A DNA stretch of 64,000 nucleotides, from the NCBI RefSeq assembly GCF_006345805.1, contig NC_043004.1, forward strand, positions 89,466,001 to 89,530,000, given 5' to 3'. The notes below the pieces were generated by a model, which was given only the letters and a program-made list of their open reading frames with translations, ran no database searches and had not been told where the DNA came from. Position 1 is the stretch's first letter. Each line of letters opens with the position of its first letter. The translations under genes were made by a program, and so were the position numbers. This DNA is from Octopus sinensis. Taxonomy: Eukaryota. Shown here one piece after another: positions 38,893 to 52,344 of the stretch.

Positions 38893-39113
38893 TTAACCCT
38901 TTAGCATACAAATTACTCTGTCAACTCTAACACTAATTTATTCACATTGTCTTGAATTAATCATGCATTATCTTGTAGCTTCAAGATTTCAATGAAGGGA
39001 TTGTTTATTCTTAGGATGACACTACAGGGTAGGTGTAAGATGCCAAATCTGGCTTGTTTGAACAGGTGGAATATCTGGGCTGAATATGGCTAGCTTAAAT
39101 GCTAAAGGGTTAA
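38893..39113. mobile_element. TTAA-flanked piggyBac-like MITE
   Basis: TTAA|ccctttagcat ... atgctaaaggg|TTAA. Confidence 0.8.
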
Positions 39114-40040
39114 TAAAACAATATCTACCTATCTTTGGTGTCAAGCTTCAAACTATGGAATAAAATCAAAGACATTTTGACAGCTATTTCATTTGTAAGA
39201 CTGATTGATAAATAAATATTTTTAAACCAAGTATGGTATATATAAATATATGTAGATTTTATTCATTTAGTCCTTTACCAGTTATTAGATGTGGCCATAA
39301 TAAAATAATAAATAAATGCACCCTTTTAAAGCCTAGCCAGGCTCATGGGCCCGGTTTCCCGGTTTCAATGGCGTATGTGTTCCCCAGCTGGACAGGATGC
39401 CAGTCCATCGCAGCTTTATTCATTTTTGCCAGCTGAGTGTACTGGAGCAATGCAAAATGAAGTGTTTTGCTCAAGAACACAACATATTGCCCGGTCCAGG
39501 AATCAAAACCATAATCTTACAATCATGATGCTGACATCCTGACCACTAAGCCATGCGCCTCCACAGATGTGGCCATACTAGAGTATAATCTTCAAGGGTT
39601 TAATCAAGAATATTCACACCAGTAATTATGTTTAAGTTTGGGACATAGTTTATTAATCAGATTGATAAAATATGTCCCAAATTAGTGAAGAAATGTGACC
39701 TAGTAGTTAGGGTGTTGCACCCACAATCATAAGATTGTTGTTTCAATTCCTGGACAGGGTGGTGCATTGTATTCTTGAGCAAAACATTTTACATTGCTCT
39801 GCAATCATTTCAACATCGGACATGTCACACACTGTGCACCTGTACAGGCAATGTCAATTTGATGGAGGGAGTGTGAGCTAATGCACAACACACACAGCTG
39901 ACCACTATAGACAAATCATTTGTGCAGGTTGTTCAGCGAAGAATTGCAGAAACCTCATCTGTTGTAGACAACACCTGACAGTTCAAACAGTAGAGCTCAG
40001 CACAATGCTCTGCTTGCCAGCTCCAGAGAGAGAGAGAGAG

Positions 40041-40138
<98 letters not shown>

Positions 40139-40291
40139 TGTATATAATCATAGGCATAGGAGTGGCTGTGTGGTAAGTAGCTTGCTTACGAACCACATGG
40201 TTCCGGTTTCAGTTGCACTGCATGGCACCCGACCAAAGCCTTGTGAGTGGATTTGGTAGACGGAAACTGAAAGAAGCCCATCGTGTGTATA

Positions 40292-40357
<66 letters not shown>

Positions 40358-41339
40358 CAAACACACACACATTCATCATCAGTGTCATCATTTAATGTCC
40401 GCTTTCCATGCTGGCATGGGTTAGACGGTTTGACTGAGGTCTAGTGAGCCAGAGGCTGCACCAGACTCGATCTGGTCTGGCAAAGTTTCTACAGCTGGAT
40501 GCCCTTCCTAATGCCAACCACTCCGAGAGTGTAGTGAGTGCTTTCTATGTGCCACCGCCACAAGGGCCAGTCAGACAGTTCTAGCATTATATATATATAT
40601 ACGTATATATATGACCCATCAAACCAAGCAAAATTGCAGTCATGGTAGATACCAGTATTGTGCAAATGGCACCTGTGTCGGTGCCACATAAAAACACCTA
40701 TTACACTTTTGGAGTGTTTGGCATTGGGAAGGGCATCCAGCGATAGAAAACCATGCCAAATCAGACTGGAGTCTGGTGCAGCCTTCTAGTGTGCCAGCCC
40801 AATCAAACTATCCAACCCATGCCAGCATGGACAACGCACATTAAATGATGATGATGATGGTGGTGGTGATGATGTCTGTGTCTATGTAACCTATATAGTA
40901 GATATATAAGTAGGGTTAAGTTAGCTAATTCTCCATAGATTGAAAAAAAAATGATGATCAACCTTAATCAATTTTCATCAGAAGTGTCTACATCAATTTG
41001 ACTAATCCCAGAGAAACAAGCAGCCAATCTGTTTATATACTCAACAATTACAGTAGCTACAGAAAACTGGTGCTACAAATTTGAATATATATAGATGAGT
41101 GTATTTTTCCCTTGTTAACAATAAACACGGAAAAAATAGATAAATAGTTACCAGGGTAGCAAAAAATCACACAAGTAAAGAGGTTGTAACTCCTTGTTTT
41201 TAAAGGTAGAAACTTCGGGTTTACGTGGAATTTTAAGTATAATATATAGATAAATAATATCAGTGAAATCTTTGAAACATGTGTCGGAAGTAAAAGTATT
41301 TGATTTATACCCGCGTTAAACTCCATTTATTTATTTATA

Positions 41340-42017
41340 TAAACAAAAATTCTTATAATTATGAGTATAATTATAATTGGGGTTCAGCAAAAATTTACTT
41401 CGCAACATACCGAAATTTAGAAATAGCAATTAAAACTAACTATTTCACTACCATAAGAAAATCTCTCAGACAGCAATACTCAACAACCTACGCAGGTAAA
41501 GAGAAAAAAAAAATAACAAATCCACCAGGCTTTGATTAACTGAATACGCATTTTGGATTTAGATGGAAGTGAAAGTAAACTACAGTTTTTTTTTCTGGGT
41601 GAGTGAGGAGGAATAGGAGATCTCATTTGTCTGTTTGAATTCGGAAGTACTGGTCATTGGATATACGTTGTCTGATGTCGCCTGGTCAGATAAGTATGTT
41701 AATTTTTGCAGTGCTCTCAAATTTAAAATCTTGAATTACTGTACTGAAGAGGAGAATGATAGAGTGGAAATATGATTTTACATTTTTCACATCTGTCTAA
41801 CTCTGAAACGCGTATACAGTTAATCAAAGCTGGGTGGATTCGTTATTTTTTTTTCTCTTTACCTGCGTGAGTTATTGAGTATTACTGTCTGAGAGATTTT
41901 CTTATGGTAGTGAAATAGTTAGTTTTAACTGCTATTTCTAAATTTCGGTATGTGATGAAGCAAATTTTTGCTGAACCCTAATTATAATTATACTCATAAT
42001 TATAAAATTTTTGTTTA
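41340..42017. mobile_element. Foldback/MITE with about 210-bp inverted arms
   Basis: 41340-41549 is the near-exact reverse complement of 41810-42017, with a spacer of about 260 bp. Confidence 0.85.
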
Positions 42018-43815
42018 AGTTTACCGATTATGGTTCTTTTAACATACCAAACTACTTGGTAAAATTATTAATTATTAATTAATTTTGCCCTTTATTATTA
42101 TTATATACACACACATAAACAAATAAATACAAACAATGGGCTTTCAAACTGTTTCTGTGTACCAAATTACACTCAATACATTAATCAACTTTACACTATA
42201 ACAGAAGGTATTTGGCTAAGGTGTTACACAATGAGACTGAACTACAAACTACGTACAAAGCAAACCATACAGTTACACCTGTACCTATTTATTTATATGT
42301 TCTTTCTTTTTTTAGAATCCACAGCTCAGTGGTACAGCTACTATATTTCATTCACTGGAAACTAGGACTATCCGTTCAAAACTAACAATATGATCTTTTC
42401 TCTGATATAAAAAGAATATAATACAGTGTATTAAAAATTATCAGAGCATTACCATGACAGTCATACAATAGCAAAATAATATTATGGATAGATTATGTCT
42501 GCAATTTTATTCCATAGTTAAGACTGTTTACTTCTTGGTGTCAAGTGAAAAATAATAGACAATAACTCTCAAAGCAGAGATGACAAGCATATAACAAGGA
42601 CTACAGCTTTCATAGATGTTGTCTCTGGCAGAAATGTTTGAAAATGAAGAGAGACGGAAGCAGATTTTGACTAAGAAGCAAACAGGAAAGGAGGAATAAT
42701 ATATTTTGTGTGTGTCATCATCATACAAGTAATGTTGTTCACTTCCAGTCTTCCTAGAAAAGCTTGTCCAGTGATGGGAAAATATCACCTTGCTTCAAAA
42801 AAGTGAGGATCAAGAGCAGGAAGGGCATTCTGCCACAGAAAATCTGCTTCAACAAATTCTGTGCTTGGAAAAGTGGATGTTAAATTATTATTATTATTAT
42901 TATTATTATGGTGATGGTGATGTGTGTGTGTGTGTGTGTGTGCATGTGTATATGTGTGTTTACTTGTGCTTCTACTGCCACTGAGCTACCAGCAGTGCTG
43001 AGGTTGTTAGCTAATAATTTGCAAGATTTGGGCCTTCAAACACTTGTGAAATATGCAAGCGTACATGTGTTTGCATATATATATATATATAGCTGTGATA
43101 CCAGTGCCGGTGGCATGTAAAAAGCACCCACTACACTCATGGAGTGGTTGGCGTTAGGAAGGGAATCCAGCCGTAGAAACATTGCCAGATCTGACTGGGC
43201 CTGGTGCAGCCTTCTGGCTTCGCAGACCCCAGTTGAACCGTCCAACCCATGCTAGCATGGAAAGCAGATGCTAAATGATGATGATGATGATGATGATGAT
43301 ATATATGTGCACATTACACAGGAAAGGGTTAGCAACAACAAGAGCATCCAGTTATAAAATAGGGCTGCAACAATATATTTGTGTAACTCATGATGGCATG
43401 GGAAAATGAGAAAGAAGAGAAGAAATAACAAAGCATGAGAATAATAAAGGAAAGCAAGGAAATAAGAAGTGAATTTCCTTCTACTAGATTCAGTCAACAG
43501 ACTACAAACAGACTGAGGCACAACTTCAAGGGTTTAGTTAATCATATTGATCCTAGTATTTCAATCTGGTACTTATTTTATTGATCTGTATTCATCAAAC
43601 CCCTAAATTAGAGGGCATAACAAAGCTGGTTTTAAACAGTGTAAATGCACACACACACACACACACACACAACAACTGTTTCTGTCTTTCAAATTTCATT
43701 CACAAACAACTGGTCAACATGAGTTTACAGTAGGAGATAGACTTGCACAAAGTATGCATGCAGTGTGACTGAACCCGGAATTATATGATGGTGAAGCAAA
43801 CTTCTTAACATAACA

Positions 43816-44209
43816 GCGCAGGAGTGGCTGTGTGTTAAGTAGCTTGCTTACCAACCACATGGTTCCAGGTTCAGTCCTACTGCGTGGCATCTTGGGCAAG
43901 TGTCTTCTACTATAGCCTCGGGCTGACCAAAGCCTTGTGAGTGGATTTGGTAGATGGAAACTGAAGGAAGCCCGTCGTATATATGTATATATATGTGTGT
44001 TTGTTTGTGTGTCTGTGTTTGTCCCCACCAACATTGCTTGACAACCGATGGCGGTGTGTTTACATCCCCGTAACTTAGCGGTTTGGCAAAAGAGACCGAT
44101 AGAATAAGTACTAGGCTTACAAAGAATAAGGGTTGATTTCCTCGACTAAAGGCGGTGCTCCAGCATGGCCGCAATCAAATGACTGAAACAAATAATAGAG
44201 TAAAAGAGT
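43816..44209 (+). mobile_element. Full-length tRNA-derived SINE, the most abundant family in the window
   Basis: Head ggagtggctgtgtg..aagtagcttgcttaccaaccacatggttccaggttcagtcc, internal (TA/TG)n and tail aaatgactgaaaca..aaaagagta. Other copies at about 5075-5440, 7120-7450, 12080-12500, 13680-14060, 25810-26200, 34340-34680 and 47494-47879. Confidence 0.88.
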
Positions 44210-44822
44210 ATGTCTAGCCTCCAGTTCAAATATGTAAATGGTAAGTTAAACAGACCAAGTTCTCAATCAGAGAAACTGCTTGACTTCAAACAGCAGAAAC
44301 ACAAAAGAACAGAGCAAGGCTTCAAGCAGTAAGACTAAGAATTACTTAAAAGAAGATGGCAGTAAACCTTACCATTTTTAAGAGAGAGAGAGAGAGAGAC
44401 AGAGAGAGAATAGACAGTGTGTGAAATAATATGATGAAGAAGCAATGAATCTAATAGGATGCTTTTTAAAGGAGATTGAATAAGTGAGGTGGGGAGTGAA
44501 ACAGTAGGCAAGATAGATATGAATTGACTCCAAGTGATACAATCTTACCATTCTGACTGGAAAACAGATAATTTCCAGTTATTCTGCCACTTGCAATGAT
44601 GACAAACGAATCGCAAGGCCAAACTTTTAGTAAAGTAGGATTGTTCCTGCTGCAACCTGTGTTCAGACATGGCCGACTGTATCTAGCTCAGAGTAGAACA
44701 AGGACCAACAAGGCTAACTTGAAATTACAGATTGAAGATTTACAGAGGTCAAGAAAAAAAGAGAAAAAACACGGGAATCAAACATCTTTACAAACAATGT
44801 TGTAATCAAGAAATTCTTTACA

Positions 44823-45033
44823 TTAACCCTTTAGCATTCACATTGTTCTATCAAAAGTAATGCTTATCTACCTATTCACAGTGTTTTATAGTTTTGAGAT
44901 TTTGATGAAGTAACAGTTAATTTTTAGAATGATATTGTAGGGTTGGTACGAGAGGTCACATCTGGCCAGTTTGAACCTGAAACAAGTAGAATATTTTGGC
45001 TGGATATGGCCAGTTTAAATGCTGAAAGGTTAA
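44823..45033. mobile_element. TTAA-flanked piggyBac-like MITE, same family as 38893
   Basis: TTAA|ccctttagcatt ... aatgctgaaagg|TTAA, with homologous internal sequence. Confidence 0.75.
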
Positions 45034-45959
45034 CTACTTTTGTACTAATTTTAGGTTGTTTTTTTTTTGTCTTTTAGGCAGAGAGAAGAGAGCAATCATG
45101 ACCCTTTGCAGAGTCTCTGAGATTGGCTGGACAGAAGAAGGAAACCTGGCCTAAAGGCTCCCAACAAAGTAGGCTCCCCTAAAGGCACGTGAGGTGCCAG
45201 GTGGTGATGTTAAAATGGGCCACAGATTAAATTGTCCAAGGCATGATTTGAGCTCAGAGCACAAAGAACTAGAACTAGTACTGCAAGGCATCTAGTCCAA
45301 TATTCTAGTTCTATCACTCCACCGCCTGAGACTAGTACTTTTTTTTTTTTTTGCTTTTATCGACCCTAAAAGTATGAAAGGTAAAGTTGGTATTGGTGGA
45401 ATTTGAACACACAAATAGCATTCTATTCCACAACTAATAACTCTGTCAATAATAATTTTATACCAGCCCCTTGCATTTTTTGTCTTTGTTTTAAACAGTA
45501 ATGCATTTTACTAAATCATTCCAAATTCATTCTCTTCAAAATTAATTAAAACACACAGATAGTGTATTTCAAAAGAAACATGGTCATGAAAGAGTTAAAG
45601 AAGCTTACTCTAAAACTTACCCAAGTAACTCAATCTGTTTCCATTCTGCTATAATTAGTTCAGTCTTTTAGTTTTGGGTGGCTAAATTCAAAAGTTATTT
45701 AAAACTTATATCCCTTAACTATTTTTTTTTTATTTATGCGCCCTTTTCAAGCCTAGCAAGGCTCATGGGCCAGTTTTAATGTGGTTTTGTATTACACACG
45801 TACTATTTACATGCTTGTTATATTCCAATTAATCAATAATGATAGTTTTTCTGTGGTTTAGAAAAATACTCCAATCGTTTTGGGGTACCTCAAAAATTTC
45901 TTTTCAGCAAATACTAGTTTTTCTTTGGTGTGAGTATTATGAAAAATAATTGCTTCTTT

Positions 45960-46144
45960 TATTCTTTTATTCGTTTCAATAATTTGACAGTGGCCATGCT
46001 GGAGCACCGGCTTTGGTCAAACAAATCGACCCCAGGACTTACTCTTTGTAAGCCTAATACTTATTCTATTGGTCTCTTTTGCCGAACCACTAAGTTATGG
46101 GGATGCAAACACACCAACATCAGTTATCAAGCAATAGGGGTCAA

Positions 46145-46177
<33 letters not shown>

Positions 46178-46725
46178 CTCTTTTTTTTTTTACTCTTTTT
46201 ACTTGTTTCAGTCATTTGACTGCGGCCATGCTGGAGCACCACCTTTTAGTACTTATTCTATCGGTCTCTTTTTGCCGAACCGCTAAGTGACGGGGACCTA
46301 AACATACCAGCATCGGTTGTCAAGCAATGCTAGGGGGACAAACACAGACACACAAACACACGCATACATATATATATACATATATACGACAGGCTTCTTT
46401 CAGTTTCCGTCTACCAAATCCACTCACAAGGCATTGGTCGGCCCGGGGCTATAGCAGAAGACACTTGCCCAAGATGCCACGCAGTGGGACTGAACCCGCA
46501 ACCGTGTGGTTGGTTAGCAAGCTACTTACCACACAGCCACTCCTGCGCCTATATATATATATATATACGACGGGCTTCTTTCAGTTTCCATCTACCAAAT
46601 CCACTCAAGGCTTTGGTCGGCCCGTGGCTATAGTAGAAGATACTTGCCCAAAGTGGGGCTGAATCCAGAGCCACGTTGTTGGGAAGCAAGCTTCTTACCA
46701 CACAGCCACGCCTGCACCTATAACT
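45960..46725 (-). mobile_element. Cluster of tandem, partly truncated copies of the same SINE family
   Basis: At least three successive partial copies of the 43816 family in the same orientation. Confidence 0.75.
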
Positions 46726-47879
46726 GATTAGTGATCCTTCTTGATTATCCGAATTTTTTTTTTTTTTTCTTTTTGTATAAAATGGTTTGTACACATTTGT
46801 TTATACATCGATTACAATTTTCTTTTAAAAACAAATGAAATTATAACAGAAAACTAACCAAAAGCAATAGGTTGTGAAGGGAGATGACTCCATTTCGATG
46901 AGCAAAAAGCAAAAAATAATTAATTAATGGGTCAAAGGAAAAACATTCAAAATTTTAGCTGAAACGATTGGGCAATAAATAGTCTTACGACCATCCTATG
47001 TCAAAACAACGCCCAAGTTTTCAATGCAAACTTGGCGGAATTGTACTGTACGCACGGAATATAGTCCCTCGTAACTTCTTTATTTTTTGGAATTTTCAGA
47101 AAATTTTTGAGAATTTGTGTTCTACACATGGAAAATTCACACGACTACGAGAGAGAAAAAAAAATTTTAAGTTTTCGGAATTTTTTTTTTAATCTTTGGA
47201 ATTTTTTTTTTTTAACGCGGTTTAAAATACGGACAGTCCGGACTTTTTGCTTAAATCTCAGCAATATACCATTAGATGTATTAATGGGGAGAAACATATT
47301 GAAAAGCATCAATTGTCTCAATTGTCAGACAAACAAACGAGGACGATATAGGGTAGTCGTAAGTTGTGCTAAAAATAACAGCTAAATACCCCCTTAAATC
47401 ACAAGTTTTTTTCCCCCCTGCATAGTCGTATGAATTCTCGTGTGTTGAACACAAATTCACAAAAAAGTTTCTGAAAAGTTAAAAAAAATAAAAGGTGGCT
47501 ATGTGGTAAGTTGCTTGCTTACGAGCCACATGGTTCCGAGTTCAGTCCCACTGCGTGACACCTTGGGCAAGAGCCTTCTACTATAGCCTCGGGCCGACCA
47601 AAGCCTTGTGAGGAGATTTGGTAGACGGAAACTGAAAGAAGCCCGTCGTATATATGTATGTGTGTGTATATGTTTGTGAGTCTGTGTTTGTTCCCCCAAC
47701 ATCGCTTGACAACCGATGCTGATGTGTTTACGTTCCCGTAACTTAGCGGTTCGATAAAAGGAGCCCGATAGAATAAGTACTATGCTTACAATGAATAAGT
47801 CCTGGGGTCGATTTGCTCGACTAAAGGCGGTGCTCCAGCATGGCCGCAGTCAAATGACTGAAACAAGTAAAAGAGTATA

Positions 47880-50800
47880 TGAAGGGCTATATGCTGTGCG
47901 TAAAGCAGAGTTCCGCCGTTTTAGGGTCATGCGGCGAGTGACCAACACACCCGCATGACTAAACGATTTTGTTACATCCTACCAGCATTCGTCTTCCTGC
48001 TCTCCACTTCCGTCACATTCTAGTGGGGTTAACATGTATCCCCTATCTTTTCCCCACCCCTTCTACAGTCATATTCGGTTGGGATTAGTCCTGCTCATCC
48101 CTTTATTCACTCCTGTAACATCTAGCCTGCTGCCATCGCCTCCTGTTCTCCACCCCCATCGCCAGTGTTAATGCTCTTCATCCAGCTCCCCATTCAACCT
48201 AAGCTGCCCCATCTCCCCTTATTTACCCCCAACACTCCCATAACAGCCAGCCAGTCTGCCTCAATCAACCTCCTGTACCTCATCCGAGTCCTTCTGCCAG
48301 AGTTAATGCTGTTCAGCCAGCTCCCCGAATCTACCTCCACCGTCACCCTTCCCCCATCTGAATTCTAATCCTGATGCTGCCAATTCACCTCCAAGTTGTG
48401 TTCTTTGCACCTGTAGAAGTTGCTATTTGAAGGCCACCAACTGCCACATGTGTAATCTAAGTTATCACAGGAGCTGTGTTGGCATTGCTAAGACTCAAAC
48501 CAAAAGTTTTTCAAACTGCACATGCAACCAATGCCACTTCAGCTCTGATGTCCAGATCCTTGTTGAGGATTTTGCCACCAACTCCCCAGAGCTTGTCCAA
48601 GTTGAAGCTCATCAACCAGAACCCCAAGAGAGCTCAGACTTGTCTCGCCTGTGCTTTCCTCAAGCTGTTGAAGAACATCTGCCTGTCCAACACTTCAGAT
48701 TGACAGAAACCATTCCTACTTCCTTTGGTCTCTCTCCACGTGACAAACGTGAATACTGGATCCATCACAACTTCCCTAAAATGGCAATTTGAGACATTCA
48801 ATTCCATGCCAACTTCTGTTCATGTCAGGTCAGTGATCAGCACAACCCCAAACAATGATCAATCACCAAGCTTAAAGAAGGCTATTAATGCCAAATTTGA
48901 TGAATTTAACATTAAAAGGAATGTTTGCATCCTCTCTGTCCTCCCTCACCCAATGCACAACAGATGCTCTTAATCAATTTGGATGATTACCTATACTGGC
49001 CTGACCCACCGTTTTCTATAACCTATTTCCACCTCTGACAATGTCAAGAAGGTAACTGCATCCTTACTTGTGGGTTCTGGTGCTGGGATCGATCACTTAT
49101 GATCTCAGCATCTCAAAGATGGTATCTCCTTGTTAGCCAGTAATGCTGGTCTTGAGCTCTTGGCGAACCCCTCTACATTTGTCCTGTTCTTTGGGGTTAA
49201 ACTATTTGCTCTCACAAAGCCCAATAGTGACCTCCACCCCATACTTATTTGGGGGGTGGCTCCTGATAAGGTCCTTGTAGCTGGAAGGATGACGACTGAA
49301 GAACCTGGCCATAGGGGCCTTAGCATCAGTAGTTCCAAATACAAGCTCTAGCCCCTCAATCATCCAGCTTCATATCAGCAGACTGTAAACCTGGTTACAG
49401 ATTCCTTCCCCTTCTATCACAATTCCTCCCTCATCAGCATGGTGTTCTCATGGAGCTCCAGTTACTGAATGAGCTTTTCAGTCCATTTTTCAATCTCAGA
49501 TGGCTAACCTTGAGCAACTATTAAAAACCTTGAGGTAATTGAATCTCACCAAGGTCTTTTGATACTTAAGAATTACATGTCAATTCCTAAGTTATTGTAT
49601 TTTTTTTTTCAGAGTTAGTCCCTCTTATAGATTCTTCTAGTCTCTCCATTGCTTCAACAACCTCGAATGCTTGGTCAATGTCAACCTCTCTCTAGAGTCC
49701 TGTGACCAGGCTGCTTCGCACAAGCAGTTTGGGGGCTTGGGTTTGCTTAAGTGCCCATCTCTATCTCTTCCCTGTTTTCTTTCCTCCATCCACACTTGCT
49801 CCACTTTGGTTAACAAAATCCTCTCCTTTTCAACATGCTCTAGTTCCAGCAGGGAGATGGATGAAGATCTGTTACAGTGGAGAGAGCTGGGTTAATCAGT
49901 TCCTGACACAGCTGAGGATAGACAGAACCAGAGTATGGGACAAACTGTACTTAGGATTGATGCCCTGCTTGTGACCAACATTAGAAGTCTACTCAGCCTA
50001 AATGAACTGCACATCTCCTTTGCATTCAGAGTGGGAGCTGAGGTCTGGTGGGGGACTGAGATGTCACTGTGGTAGGCCCCTTAACTCCATAGGCCTAACA
50101 GTTTGTCTTTCCACCTAGATGCTGGTCATTTTGTTCATCACATAGAGCTAAACTTAATCATGAAGCAGGTCCTAGCTCAGGTTAATATCTCCTCAGTTCT
50201 GGATCCAACGGGTTTATCAAGAAGTGATGGGAAGAGATCAGATGGTCTTACCCTTTATCCCTGGGTAAGAGGTAGATGCTTCATCTGGAACACCACAGTC
50301 TGTGATTCTTTTGCTCCCTCCCACATCCTAGATGCTGCGGTAAATGGGAGGCTCGCTCCTTTCGTAGCCGAACAGAACAAAATCCTTAAATAGCAGGACC
50401 TGGCAGTGAACCATTTCTTCCGGGCTGTGGCACTTGAGACGTTTAGAGGGACTGGGCTGCAAACGGCGAAGTTATCATCGTTGGCGGCACGCTTTACCCA
50501 GGTGTCAGATGACGTTCGTGAGGGTGCTTGGCTGTCTCGACGCCTTAGTCTCACCATCGCCGGCGGTAATGCCGCGAGCGTGTTGGCTTGCTTCAGTAGG
50601 TTGAACGTTGTGGTGTGCGACCAATTCAAGAACTTGTGATGAATTGATGTATTTTTTTTCTTTCTTGTTCTTTGTTCCCCTTTTTCCATTTTTTCTCCCT
50701 GCTTTGGATTTGTTATTTTTCATGTGGTTTTGTATGTATATATATATATATATGTATGTATGTATGTATATATGTATGTATATATATGCATAACCTGCAT

Positions 50801-50880
50801 TCTCTATGTATCATTTACATCAGTGTTATATTCCAATTAATCAAGATAGTTTTTTCGGTGAAAAATAAATAAAATAATAA
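47880..50880 (+). mobile_element. Decayed CRE-like non-LTR retrotransposon with an RLE endonuclease, in RCHY1 intron 1
   Basis: PHD-like Cys cluster at 48400-48540, RT relics (ALTKPNSDLHPI; FGGLGL...LPCFLSS), CCHC relic CHCG...HH, and RLE GLSRSDGKRSDGLTLYPW...CDSFAPSH...AVALETF...LSRRLSLTIAGGNAASVL. Many stops. Ends are approximate. Confidence 0.82.
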
Positions 50881-51419
50881 AAGTAATTTCCGCACAATTT
50901 TGAAATAGATTTGATTACCATATATGGGATCGAATTAGAAAAATGATTGACTTGATATAAAAACAACTTCGATAAGCATTGAAAACAAATAGCAAATTGT
51001 TAAACTACGTTTCCATATAAAAGTGTCTGACTTAGCTACGGAGTTTGGATAATGATATCTATCATAAAATATTCCCTTTTCGATCATTTCGGATCGAGAT
51101 ATTATATTTTTCGATTTAAACGTTTACGTTCGAACCATGAACGATTGTTATTGTTATTATTATAATTATTGAAATGTGCTCATAAATATCTTTTAACGTG
51201 TTTACCCTTATAATGTTTCATAATCTAAATATCGTTAAAATATATTCATATCTCTTAATGTGTTTACCTTTATAGTTTCCATAACCTATTTTACTATCAT
51301 TTACATAACTAGGAAAGAAAGAAAGAAAAAAGAAACGTTGACGGGGTAAAGTGATGGTAATTATAAAGATTGTGTGTCCACAAAATAAAGTTATTTGTGT
51401 TATTCAATTGACAACTTAC

Positions 51420-51473
51420 CACTAAAGAACAATCTCGCTTGTAGTGTGAACAGTCAAGTGCAACGCTAGCCAT
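51420..51473 (-). CDS. RCHY1: RCHY1 first coding exon: MASVALDCSHYKRDCSLV
   Basis: caagATGG (A at -3, G at +4) ... GTG|GTaagt. Contains the C-x-HY-x-R-x-C motif. The eight exons sum to 54+120+119+79+104+30+145+72 = 723 nt = 240 aa plus stop. Confidence 0.94.
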
Positions 51474-52344
51474 CTTGACAATAACAGACCATGGAGAAAA
51501 AACACCTGATAATAAAAGTTGAGATTTATATTTAAAGAAAAAAAAAACTAATCAATTAAAAAAAATTTTTGAGGTATGAATTTAACTATAAATGATTAAT
51601 AATTCTTGTTTAAAAAGAAGTATTCTATTTTTAAATATTTATTTATTTGCAAAGTGAAAAAAAAATTTGTCCGTATCACAAAACCATATGATGTCATTTC
51701 CTGTCCATCCTTTTTTTTTTTTAATCTTTTACGCTTGTCGTGAATCTCTTTTGTAATTGTTGAATTACTCGGTTGTTGAACTCACGATCATAAAGGCATG
51801 GATGCGATTCTTAGTTTAGGTCATGCGTCGTGTCCTTAAGCAAGAACGAAAATAAGTACCGACAGCAGCTGGAAGATAAACTTGCGATCAGCGGGCGACA
51901 CATCCAGCAAGAAGTCGTCTGTATACCTCGGGACCATTCGAGATACGCTCTAGCCGAATCTTCCTGTGTATGACTATGAAGATGGATACAGAGACATAGA
52001 GATTACTTGAAGGTGACTGTAAATCAGAAAGTAATCCCTGTGTGGGGTAGCACGAAATGGTCATAAAGTGGGGGTTGACAGAACCTTGCTGGATCGTCTA
52101 AGACAATGTAACAGATTGTTGAAAAATCATGACTGACAATTTCCCTAGATGCCTCCCAAAGATCGATTATGTAAAAAAGACTGTGCTGAGAAGTTTGCTT
52201 CTCAGCCACATTGTTCCGAGTTCAGTCGTACTGTGTGACACCTTTAGTGTTTTCTTGCTATAATCTTCGTTCCGACCAAAGCTTTGCGAGTAGATTTGGT
52301 CGATGGAAACTGAAAGAAACCCGCCTTATGTATGTATATATTTT

